64,000 bases of DNA from contig OZ024742.1 of NCBI GenBank assembly GCA_964016885.1, positions 122,450,001-122,514,000 of the forward strand. Reading direction: 5' to 3'. Positions within the stretch are counted from its first letter, which is position 1. Every line of letters starts with the position of its first letter. Position numbers and translations under genes: made by a program. The notes beneath the pieces are model-generated. The model worked only from the letters and a program-made list of their open reading frames with translations, did no database searches and was not told the DNA's origin. Positions 51,938 to 64,000 of the stretch are shown one piece after another. Origin of the DNA: Eledone cirrhosa (taxonomy: Eukaryota).

Positions 51938-54900
51938 CAGTGGGCGACGAATTTATACTTTATACTCCAAGATTGACCGGAATTCTTACAAACTTGTGGA
52001 GTTACCCCTAACCGTACGTTGAATCAATCCATGAAACTGTCTTTCTTAACCAAGAACTGGATCACAATAAACAATTTTTTGCTTCTCTAACTACAGGCTC
52101 CTTATCGGTCGAGCAACCACCTAAACATACGGAACTACTATGGAAAAGCATTACATAGGTATGTCCCTAAAGAACATTCCTATACCTGGGAGAAAGGATT
52201 ATACCCTCGGGATGATACAGCGAACAAACGACTTTATACGCAGATTTAGATGGAAAACTTTCCATTTCGACAAAGGACGTAATGGTTGCTCCGTGGAATA
52301 CAACAAGGAAACATACGGCTTCAAATCGTGTAAAAACCCACCTACCAACCCTCAACTGGATGCCTTTGAACAGGACTTACTGAAGATGATTATGAATATC
52401 AAATTCATAAAGCGGAAGAATAATAAACTCCAGAATGACATAAATACATTCCTAAAAAAATTGCGAATCACCAAAGGATTTATTGTCAAAGCGGACAAAA
52501 CATCAAATGTGTATACGATGGATGTAAATACATACAATAGCTTCATACGGAAGGAATTACATAAGAAATACAAAAAAACTAATGAGGCGGCACTGATACA
52601 CATCAACAATGAAGCACACAATATAGTCAAACACCTAGGAATAGACGACAGAACGGAGCCACTTAGGCCATGTAACCCCACATTTAACCTCAAGGACCAC
52701 CAGGTAAATTTTGATTATAACCCCACAATTAGACTTATATGCTCGTCCAAATCGGACATCGGGAAAATTAGTAAACATATATTAGACAGAGTGATAGCAC
52801 AAATGAAGAATAAACTAGTTATTAAACTATGGGGTAACGCTACCGAAACAATTACGTGGTTTAACAATATAGCTAACAAAGAAGTATCTAAATTTATACA
52901 ATTTGACATTAACGATTATTACTCATCTATATCCCCAACACCTTGGTTAAAGCCTTAGCATTCGCCAAAGCCAATTCTGACATAACAGACGACGAGATAA
53001 AAATCATATTAGCTGCTAGGAAAACAATAATTAAATTTTAAAACGCCTATTGTGAACGTACGGATAGATTAAATAACTTTGACATCACGATGGGGGCTAA
53101 CGACTCGGCTCAAGTCACAGATTTAGTAGGTATTTACATAGCCCATAGTTTACAAAGTGAGTTTAGCGACCTTCACGGCGGAATCTACAGAGACGATGCC
53201 CTTCTCCTAGTTAAGAACCTAAATAACCAGAGCATAGAAAGACTCCGTAAGAATATTAGAAAGACTCTCTGAAAACTAGGCCTTAGCATAACGTATGAAT
53301 ATAGCACTAAAACAATTAACTTTCTAGACGCGACGCTTAACCTAATTACGGGACTTATAAGACCTTTTCACAAGATTAATGAAAACTTAGCATACATCAA
53401 CTGTAACTCAAACCACCCACTATCCATAATTAAATCCATTCCACGCAGCATATCCCTTAGGATCTCCCGCCTCTCGTCTAACCGACACATCTTCGAAGAA
53501 CATGCAGAATACTACAATACCGCATTAGTCAAGGCAGGCCAGTTAGATATAGTAGAATATATAGATAAAAGCCTCCGTGAAGCACACACTAACACGCATA
53601 ACACAAAGCCCGCTAACACACGCACACACGCACTTACGCATAGAACTGCAAAGTATAAGGCAAATAGAAATACAACATCGAAATCAAACAAGTCACGCAG
53701 TAGAAAATATATTTGGTATAACCCCATATTTAACACCCCTATTAGTACTAACTTACCCTCTACCTTCTTTAGAATAATAAATAAGCACTTTCCAGATTCA
53801 CATAGATACAGCAAAATCCTTAACACTAAATCTATTAGACTCCACGGCACCAAATATAGAGGCACACATTAAGATGCTTAACGCTAAAAAGATACATAAC
53901 AACACCAAAACGCAAATTTACAACAATAACAATACAATCACCACCGAACACAACAGAATATCTAATACACAACCACCCGCTAATAGGCAAACAAAACGTA
54001 ACACACTTGTACAGGCATCGCAGCCCACCAATAATGCCAAAGTTGCCCATGACAAGAACTGTAACTGCCACCTCCCTGAAACCTGTCCATTACATAATGA
54101 ATGTATGCAAGTCCAACCTGGTTTACCAATGCACAGTGGAATCAGACAACCAGAAATAGTATTACATCGGAGCGACTGGGAATACATTTAAAGCCCGTTG
54201 GTATACACACCGTTACGCAATGAAACATTCCCAGCATCGTTATGTAACTACCCTTGCAAAGAAGACCTGGCAACTGAGGGAAAGTAACCATCAATACACC
54301 CTGAAGAGGAAAAAATTATCGAACGCGCCTCCATATCGGAGTGGTATGAGAAGCTGTCGATTATGCGACCTTGAGCTGTTCCACATTTTGAGTTCGAAGA
54401 ATAAGTTACTCAGCAATAAATTCGAAAGATCAATTTATTGTAACCATAGACACAAAGAGAAGTTTCACACTGCAAATCGAACGCTTAACCTCTTACTACC
54501 AACTGACAAACTGCGTATACTTATACTTTATACCCTCTTGCTGTATCTAAACCCTTTTAATTACCCACCAAACCAATGCATATATCCCTCCCTTCTCCCT
54601 CATTCCTCTTCTAGTACTTCGTTTTCTTCCTTCCTTCCCTCCCCTTTCTTGGCTATCTTTTCTTTTCTTCTTTCTCACCCCCTTCTTTGCTTTTATTTTT
54701 GTCATTATTATCTTTATCTTTATTTTTTATATATATATTTATCTCCTTATATCTCCCCCCTCTCTCTCTCCCTCTCTATCCATCCCTCCCACTATGATCA
54801 ATTTAATTCTCTTTAACTCACTAAATTCCACGACATGAAGTGTGCTATCAAAACTGACAAAAGAATCCTTCCACCTCTACCCCTCCCCCCATTTCAGTTT

Positions 54901-55204
54901 GTCACTCTACTTCCTACCTCTCCCCCTTCCTCTCTCTCTATACTATTCCGTTTGTCCCCTCACCTTCTGATTCCTCTCTCTCTCTATACTAGTAAATACA
55001 ATTCCAAATAAACGTTTTTCTCTATATATTAAGAATTATTTCAAGAGTAACTTACTATTTTGAAAATTTGGACTGTGAACAACAATTATAATTGAGTGGC
55101 TGCTATTTGCAGTATAGCAATATAAGGTTGCACTTACCAATGAAACGGTCGTAAAAACGTGGATAAAATCCTTCTCTTAATGCTTACCTGTGTTTTCTCT
55201 TTTA

Positions 55205-55208
<4 letters not shown>
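51938..55208 (+). mobile_element. Near full-length PLE (Nematis-like), frameshifted; RT + GIY-YIG at 52140 to about 54480
   Basis: SLKNIPIP, RRFRWK, VKADKTSN.Y, LKDH, FIQFDINDYYSSI, MGANDSAQVTDLVG, GIYRDDAL, NFLD, WYNP, CNC..CPL, YIGAT, CRLCDLE, CNHR. Possible U3-A8 HHR TTGAAAA..GAAAC-GGTC-GTA at 55060-55153. Confidence 0.9.
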
Positions 55209-55276
<68 letters not shown>

Positions 55277-55468
55277 GTATATATACATTGGTGGTAGGGT
55301 AGGGTTGTGATTGGGATGGGTCGAGGTGTTTGGTTGATGGATCACAAACATCACCCACCCCTATCACCAGGAAATATATAAATACCACCATGATAGATTG
55401 ACAGTCGGCTTTCCTGCTGATTTCCTCCGAATGAAACAGTTCTAGTCCTTTAGAAGCCATTTCAATAT

Positions 55469-55850
<382 letters not shown>

Positions 55851-56382
55851 CCCAACTCTGGGTCAAATCCATAAACACACTTTTTTTCTTCTCTGTTATT
55901 TCTTTGCTTCTTTCCTTACAGTTTACCAGCATTCCGTTGGTATTCATCTATTACACAATTTACACCTGAAGATGTCTTCGGGTTCTTACGGAATCTCGCC
56001 ACTGAAATGTGCATATTGTTGGCAGAAATATGTAATTAAAGAAATTCAATTTTAATTTATAATACATTTGACTCCATTCCCACACAATCAACGTTATTCA
56101 ACATAAAAGATGGGTGAGTTGCATAACATCGAATGCTTTTCTCATAGTACGTCACGATTAACATTGCAGAATGTCCAATTCTATGTTATATTGTTTTAAT
56201 CCAAATGAAAATAAAATTACATATTGTCAATCCCGAGATCTAATACCTTATAAAACCTTATAAAATGTTATTTGATTTGGTCGAGCCATTTGAGAATGCA
56301 TAAGGAAACAGACAGACAGTGAGAAAATAATTAAATACATATATACATATGTATATATATATATACATACATACATACATAC

Positions 56383-56437
<55 letters not shown>

Positions 56438-57699
56438 GTATTTCGCTGTTTTCTTCGCTTTGCACTTATTTTCAATAAAACAATTTCCTTCTTTAAAAGT
56501 ATGACTCAAATCATTTTAAACCAAATATTAATGTTTGTATGGTCTGAATTTTGAATATATGGTCTGTATTTTTCCCTATTTTATTCATATTATGATACAT
56601 TTCTGGAATATATTTTCTGACGGGGTAATTATTGTATGACAGATTCTCAAATAAGTACGCCTTTTCGTAATTTATTCCAAATTCAATACACCGTGGTGAT
56701 TTCTCTTTAACTACTGAGTAAATGATATATCTATTTCATTTCTGTATTACTTTTTATTTCTTACATTATTTTCAGTAATGTTAGTCTCTGAAAGTCTTAT
56801 ACTATAAATTGTTACGGTAAAATATAAAATATCCTATTGTTTTTCATAGATTTTGTTTGCTAATTTATTTAATTCTCGAAATACAACGGTATTAACAATA
56901 TTTTTATTTCCTGTATTTAATATTTATGTACTTATATTAATGTGTATCTATTTTCTGTTATTTATTGAAATGGTAATAGTAGGTATTTTTTTTATATTTA
57001 ATTATTTAATTATTGAAATATTATTGGTATTCTGTTTTATTTTTTAGTATTTATTTATTTAATTAATTATTGAAATATTTGAGGTAGGTATTTTTATTTT
57101 ATTTACTACTTTAATTAGTTATTGAAAGATTACAGTAGGAACAATAATATTTTTTTATTTATTCTGAGTAGAGGAAATAAAACCTAAAAATTAAAAATCA
57201 TTTGTTTTTTTATGAAACCACAAAGAAATAGTCCACATTAAAAACAATACTCCTGAAAATGAAAAAATATAAACATAACTGGTAATTGAAAAAAAACAAA
57301 AACAAAACAGCGACAATACTGAGAACATAGAGCATGGCCGGAGGCTCTTCATCCGGCTAATTAAGGAAACACATCAAATCTCTGTCCTAATGAGATCGTT
57401 GGCCCAGATACAGCAAAAAAAACAAAACAATGAATGAATTTATTCGTGTCTATACGCTCATTAGGCATCGCTTGGATCACGGTTGTTTACCATATATAGA
57501 GGTAGAGAAGGAATAAGGAGAGGGACAGAGAAAGATAAGGTAGAGAGTAAGAGTAGGCTAGAGTGGATAAGGAGGAAAGGAATTAAGAAAATGGGATTAT
57601 TTTGAATATTACTGAATCCATTGAGTGTGAAAAGTACAAATGCCACAGAAAATGTACCAAATAGGATATATATATATATATAAGTCTAAAATCTATTTC

Positions 57700-57960
57700 A
57701 ACCCAGAAAGCTCATTTGGCCGGTGCTAAACCCGGTTTCATGGCGTACAAGACTCCCCGCTGGACAAGACTCCCCGCTGGACTGGATGCTAGTCTATCGC
57801 AGGGTTAAACCTCCAGCTATTGCTGGTACTCATTTTCAGCTGAGTATAACGGAACAACATGAAATGAAGTGTTTTAGTCTAGAACACAACACGCAGCCCA
57901 GGAATCACGACATTATGATCGTAAGTCCAACACCCTTACCAGTAGGCCACGTGCCACCCA
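57700..57960 (-). mobile_element. tRNA-derived SINE (family 2)
   Basis: GCTGGTACTCATTTTCAGCTGAGT..AGAACACAAC, with a tRNA-like head on the minus strand near 57955. Confidence 0.6.
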
Positions 57961-57972
57961 CACATATATAAG

Positions 57973-58004
<32 letters not shown>

Positions 58005-58024
58005 TATATTTAATTATTTATTTA

Positions 58025-58252
58025 TTTAGAAATGAAAGCACAAACAAGGGACAGGTCCCCTCTTCAGTTGTCTGCCGCGGGTCTCGAGCGTTTCAAAGTT
58101 ATTGACGCACTGGGGAAAGATGTATTGTATTTAATGTGTTTAAACATACGAGACCCGCAACAGGCAACTGAAGAGGGGACCTGTCCCTTTTTTTGTGCTT
58201 TCCTTTCATTTCTAAACACACTTTATCTGTAACCACACAGCATCTTGTTTCT
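58025..58252. repeat. Fold-back mini-element (arms 58025-58086 / 58149-58216) with tail and half-HHR, in (TA)n
   Basis: AAGGGACAGGTCCCCTCTTCAGTTG / CAACTGAAGAGGGGACCTGTCCCTT. Confidence 0.75.
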
Positions 58253-58291
58253 TATATATATATATATACACACATATATATATATATATGT

Positions 58292-58340
<49 letters not shown>

Positions 58341-60469
58341 GGTGTGTGTGTGTGTGTGTGTGTCTGTGTGTGAGTGTCTGTGTGTGTGTGTGTGCGTGTG
58401 TGTGAATGTATGTATGTATTTACACATACACGCACATATTTATTTACACATACACGCACATGTATAATTATATATTGAGTAAAATGACAGGAGGTCCGAA
58501 ATTCCTTCAAATGTATATATCTTCGAACACTATGTAAATTTCATTGGCCAGGATTCAACATGAAAGATGGATGAGTTGTGTAACGCCGAGTGCTTTTCCT
58601 GCAATTAAATCATGATTAACTAAGCAGAATTGTAGATGGGAATATTCCAGCATCAAGGATAACCAGAAGTGGCAATGAAAAATTATAATAAATTAAAAGC
58701 AAGTAATAGTGTGAATCTCTCACACAAACCGGTCCACATTTCCATGGACTGCCTGAGTTTTACAGTTCTTCAAACCACCAGAAATAACGTGATTACTCTG
58801 TTGGATGTCCTGTACAAATTGAAATAGAGAACTGAAGTAATTAGGGAGCAATGGACCATATTTATTCCTCTATACCATAGAAGGCTTAAAAAACACTTAT
58901 TCAGTAATGACAGAAAAGCGCAGATTCCAAAACTTAATTCCACTCGTTTCTGAGCTATTGCTATACAAGAGTAAACCATCAGACACGAAGTTATCAGATT
59001 TATGTAACAATGCACAATGTAATATGCAACTGAACTGCAGAATACAGAGAGGTTGGGAAGGTATAATCAATCATATTTTTAATGGTGCTAAGACATAGCC
59101 AAACAAAAGGTATACATGCATACATACACATGAACAATCAGCTACACAAACAAATATATGTATATGTATATATATATGTGTGTGTGCGTGTGTGTGTGTG
59201 TCTGAGAATGTATGTATGTATTTATAATTATGTGTGTGTGTATGTTATCTATCTCTATGGACATGTAAGTTCAGGTATGCATATACATGACGCATTTGGA
59301 GCTTTTATTGTGAAATATGTCTTAAGGAATCATTAGAGACTATCTACAAAATATCTTTTCTGGCAAGGTCGGATATGTATCTGAATTGATGCACCAGTCT
59401 TAATTATCGACAAATGCACGTTTTCAGCAGTTCTCTACGATGAAAGTTGTGACTAGTCCAGAATAAACTTTTCATATCTCGCGAGCTAGTGACATTTACC
59501 TGAAGGTAACTTTAAATGCAAACGGAATAGCTAATTTCACGAGATATTCTGAAAGCCAAAGATAAATCAGAAACTATTACATCTGAGAAAGAACTACTTA
59601 AATACTGATTTGATGTACCTATTCATAAAGGCCAATCTAGCGTATGTAATTTAACGCCTGAAAAATGATCTAGGAGACTGACCTGAAATGTGACAGCAAA
59701 ACACTAATTATTACAATGCAATTGTTGTTTAGGGCCATTTTTCTGTAACTAGTTATTACCATGGGTAAATTCTGTAGCACAATATGCACACGAAGATGAT
59801 TGAACAGTCTCAGAATCTTTTACAAGACACAACAAAAGTGCTACATATTTCATTTGAAGATACGAAATAGAATGATAGCTTCAATTGAATAAAAACGGCG
59901 AAATCATGTTTCACAGAGTGAAGCAGGTGTGATGGTCAGATATATGCAAATGTATACAAAAACCGGCATAATGGCAAACGAAAGAGACATCAATATTATA
60001 GAAAATGGATCCATTTCTGGTTGATAGGCTCTAAATCATACTATCGCGATAAAGTATAAAATAGCTGAATGTAAAATAGCAAGAATCTACAATATGTGCA
60101 GAACAGCGTTCACAGCCATTATAGAAATCTAGAGATTGTTAGGAATTGTATAACAAGATTGAAGAGCTGCCCATGATGCGTTTCTATGTGACATCTAGTG
60201 AATCCACCCTGAAAAATTCGCCTAGTTTTACGTATGACACTATTTATAAAGAAAAATAATATATTTGTCGAGCGCATCAAAAGCTTTTTTGTTACATGCT
60301 TATACCGTCTTTGCTGCTTTCTCTCGTTATCTCATAACGCTGGCAGGTTGCCATATTCTAAAAGCTGCTAGAATTGCATGAATTTATTAGTGTTTTCTTT
60401 AGTTATTGATTCCTGTTTTTGCTAAACCTGGGTACTCTCTGCTATTCTCTATATATATTTTGTTTTAAA

Positions 60470-60745
60470 ATGTCTGTCTCGAGCCCGGAGGTTCATCAGG
60501 CGGGTGCATATAATGGTTTCCGTGACCTTAAGCGAGAGTACAAGCGTACACCTTAACAGGAGCCCAGTCCATCGCTGGCTTATACCCCCAGCTACAGGTG
60601 GTACTCATTGTCAGCTGAGTATACTGGGTCAGCATCAAATGTATTGTTATGCTCAAGAAAACAACACAGAAGACTGGGCAGGAATCGAATTCACGACGTT
60701 ATGATCGTAAGTCTAACACGCTTACCACTAGATCATGCGCCTTAA
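60470..60745 (-). mobile_element. tRNA-derived SINE (family 2)
   Basis: GGTACTCATTGTCAGCTGAGT..GCTCAAGAAAACAAC..GGAATCGAA. Confidence 0.6.
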
Positions 60746-61419
60746 TATAATCTATACCCTCATATCATTTTGGTAGGTACTGGTGTGAAGGATTTAATAT
60801 GGATCCGCACTCAAACATCCTTCGATATAGACTACTCTTTTACTGTTTCTAGTCGGGTATTGGGCCAAGCAGAGGATAGTCTTGCCATCGTCTAGACATT
60901 ACCCAGTAACATTTTTCTTTTAAATATTTCTACTTTTGATTGTTACCTGATTGTTACATCATTTTATATTCTCTATTTGTTGTCTATTTTTAACTGGAAC
61001 GCTGTTTGCATCAATGCTACTTGCGCAGGCTACTTAAGATAATATATTCTGAGGAGCACCAGGTATTGTGGTTTGCGGGAAGGATGGAACATGCTGGTCA
61101 CGTATTCTGTATGACAGGAATAACTTTTCAAAACTGTAATAATGTGGGTAACAAGGAAAAGGAACACATAAGAAAAACAAGGACGTAACAGTTTCAAAAA
61201 AGAGATAAAATAGCTTAAGATCACGTAGTAATAAATAGGTGACATGGGACAAATCCGACTCTACGGATGAAACGATTCTATAGTAATAATTATATCCTGC
61301 TTCATTAAGGAATTGTGGTGGCTTCGAGACTGTGTATTTGTGTGTGGGACGCTCTTTGGTTTCATACCACGATCAAATATCCATCTGTTTCCTATTTAAT
61401 TCCAATCGGTTGGTCCTAT

Positions 61420-61612
61420 TGTTAGAGTGTCGGATAACATGCTATGCAGGAAAGTGTTACAGTCATATACGTTCTGAGTTCAAATCTCACCAATATTAAC
61501 TTATCCATTCATCCTTACGGTGTCGATAGAATAATACACCAGTAATGCACTGAGGTAGATTTATTCGAATTTCCCCTCCTAAAAATTACTGGCCTTGTGC
61601 CTATAGTAGAAA
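61420..61612 (+). mobile_element. SINE family 1 copy
   Basis: GAGTTCAAATCTC..TTCATCCTTACGGTGTCGATA..GGCCTTGTGCCTATAGTAGAAA. Confidence 0.65.
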
Positions 61613-61649
61613 TCATCATCATAATTACTAACATTATTATCATCATCAT

Positions 61650-63180
61650 TCATAACGCCTTTGCTCTGGCAGATATTATGCCGACAAGATGTGATACCAA
61701 AAGACGAAGCCATAACCAATGACCAAAGTCCTTTAGACCATTCCTTATTCAAATTTCTAACACCTTGCTTAGAATCCCTGCTGTTCCTAGCAAGGCTGTT
61801 TTCTGCAACAAAATCCTCCTGGTGGTAATTATTTCCTTCTTAGGCCATGCATTTAACATTTTACTAATTGCTCCCAGAGAGACAACCACTTGTCTGATTC
61901 TCAATAATTCCCTGTTCAGCTTTTGACATTTCTGAAATTTCTCACTTTCCTTCTCATTTACCCTGTGGTCCCACGGTGAAGTAATATTCACAATACATGC
62001 CTTGTTATTCTTCCTCACTAAGAAAACTATGTCAGACATACTAGCTACGATAAAATGCTTGCACTGGATGGTTATGTTCCACATGGTCTTATAGTGTTCG
62101 TTTTCAGCAACCATTTCCGGTTGGTGCTCATACCATTTCTCACTTCTGTTCATGTCATTCTTATGACAATGCTTCCAATGAACCCGTCTTGTACTCTTTC
62201 TGCACAATCATCTTACATTCACTAATAATGTACTTTATTGATTCCCCTGTCCCACTACACAACTTACACAGTGGGAAATTTACTGACTTGTCAATAAGAA
62301 CTTTATATAGATCGGTCTTACTGTGTGTTCCTAGGCTGCGAAAATAAGAGCTTCAGTTTCAAATTTTAAGTCACGTTTTCTAGCACATTCCCAGTTCTTA
62401 TATTTGTCAACTGTCTCAGGCATTTCACGGCGTTATTCCGTTTTTCTTGTATAAATTCTTCCTTTTCTTTGAGCCATCACTGTTAGGACCTTTGTTTTTC
62501 TTACTCCTGTCATCAGTCCTTCCTTTAAAAACTTTATATACTATACCAGATGATTTTCCTCAGAATTCACACATCTTTTACAATTAATGAGATCCCTCCC
62601 TACTCTCTGTCACGATAGATACATGTCCACGTCACTTTCGGAAATAGAACCCCTTGTGGTGTTATCATTTTTCTGGTATTTCTATCAAGCTCCTTAAGTT
62701 CATCATATCTCCACTCTATCACATCAGCTCCATAACTTAGCACTGCAACAGCCCATGTGTTGACAGTCAGTATTGTATTCCTACCACTTAACTTTGTCTT
62801 TAACATCAATTCCAGTCTCCGTTTATATTCATTTGATAAGAGCTCTTTCATTTCCTTCTGTTTCATTTGGTCTGTTTCCAGGATGCCTAAGTGTTTATAT
62901 GCGTTGTCGTCAATTTCATCCATAAGTCTGGTAATACAATTCCTTCCAGCCTGGTAATACAATTCCTTCCATCTTGTCTATTTTACCTCGCTTCAGTAGT
63001 ACCCCACATTTTCTATGCCAGATTCCATTCCTATGACCATACTGAATGTATGAACTGTCTGTAGAGGGGAACAATATGTTCATATGATTTCCCATAAAGT
63101 TTTAGGTCATCCATGTGGGTTTAACTTAAACTCATGTCATCCCCACTCGTATCCAGCATTTGATGCTCTCAAAACCAATG
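61650..63180 (-). mobile_element. R4/Dong-like LINE 3' part (RT end, CCHC, restriction-like endonuclease)
   Basis: HMDDLKL, YKHLGILE, AVNTWAVAVLSYG, KWYEHQPE, DIV..CIVNITSPWD.RVNEKESEK, LLQKTALLGTAGIL. An (ATG/ATA)n tail is at about 61615-61650. Confidence 0.85.
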
Positions 63181-63466
63181 ATGTATGTATTTTTATTTTA
63201 CTATCATTTTGTGATTATTTTAAAGCCTAGAAATGTGTTTCTCTTTTTCGTTTTGTTTTCCCTCTTGTCATAATGCATGATTCCGTCTCTAATTTACATC
63301 AAAATTTGCCTTCTCGCGATAAAAGTGTTTCTGCAAATATATTTAGACCGGTGACTGAGAAAAACTGTGATTCACAAGTACAACTTTTTTTCTCACATGG
63401 GAATCACCCTCACGAATTTATGATGTAGACTGGACATTATGAACACTAAGCCAAACGCCTTCGCAA

Positions 63467-63509
<43 letters not shown>

Positions 63510-63511
<2 letters not shown>

Positions 63512-63694
63512 ATTTTGCCCGCTGAATGCGCTGTAACATTATATATATATATATATATACATATACTAGAATTGTTGAGCAAGACATTACATTTCAATTT
63601 GTTACAGCGCATTCAGCGGGCAAAATTACGTTATGCATATGTGTAATTTTTAGTCAAAGGAAACTGGATTTACTCTTCGCATAGGAAGACGAGT
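63510..63694. repeat. Mini fold-back: perfect 29-bp inverted repeat plus tail, in (TA)n
   Basis: 63510-63538 TAATTTTGCCCGCTGAATGCGCTGTAACA is the reverse complement of 63600-63628. Confidence 0.75.
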
Positions 63695-63709
63695 ATATAT
63701 ATATATATT

Positions 63710-64000
63710 CTAGGTATGACTGCAAAAGTAACAGAAGTGGTGCCACGGTCAATTTATTTCGACTTTAAATAACAAATTACATGACTCCCTTTTAAAGAAA
63801 TCTCCTTTGAGTCTAATGCACGTTTTCACCCTTCTCTGCCAATGCTTCTATGCAATGCTGGAAGGATTCTTCCAGGATGCCCATCAGCTCCTTCCATATG
63901 GCTTTATTGATGGTCTCCATCCCTTCAAAACGGGTTCCATTGATGTCCCCTTCTGCGTGGGGAAAAGTACGGCCATGTTCTTCTCTGTCAGGTACTGCTG
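63710..64000 (-). mobile_element. Mariner transposase C-terminal remnant and right end
   Basis: Minus strand reads QYLTEKNMAVL..INGTRFEGMETINKA..LEESFQHCIEA/WQRRVKTCIRLKGDFF (mariner W..R...CI...GDYF end). Confidence 0.75.

Noticed and set aside
53270-53272. In-frame TGA in the PLE RT as possible selenocysteine, as reported for some Naiad PLEs
   Set aside because: It aligns to R/K rather than Cys in sister elements, the copy has other frameshifts, and the domain order is RT then EN.
59330-61200. Possible very old RTE-like LINE remnant (YLRRLLKI..AGHVFCM at 61006-61110)
   Set aside because: Only scattered short motifs, so boundaries and identity are not supportable.

Overview
AT-rich eukaryotic (animal) DNA, probably mollusc/cephalopod (inferred from the SINE types and long (TA)n/(CA)n tracts). 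I found no host gene I can support; the window is nearly all repeats. It holds a non-autonomous Helitron (2407-5329), a near full-length but frameshifted L1/Tx1 LINE (about 14982-20736, minus), remnants of R4/Dong-like, CRE-like, RTE and CR1-group LINEs, tRNA-derived SINE arrays, hAT and Tigger-like MITEs and a mariner end. The dominant signal is a dense set of Penelope-like elements (PLEs; RT plus C-terminal GIY-YIG) of about three lineages and their non-coding derivatives. Nearly all sit in (TA)n and share one layout: an inverted terminal copy plus a one-sided tail. About 20 hammerhead-ribozyme (HHR) motifs can be read by eye on both strands. They include U3-A8 core variants, greatly extended stem II forms, a 417-bp palindrome that folds back at an HHR, and a non-coding 511-nt HHR tandem unit resembling a retrozyme. 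PLE-associated HHRs are known in general; these families and variants may not be described. Folding and alignments were done by eye and element boundaries are approximate.
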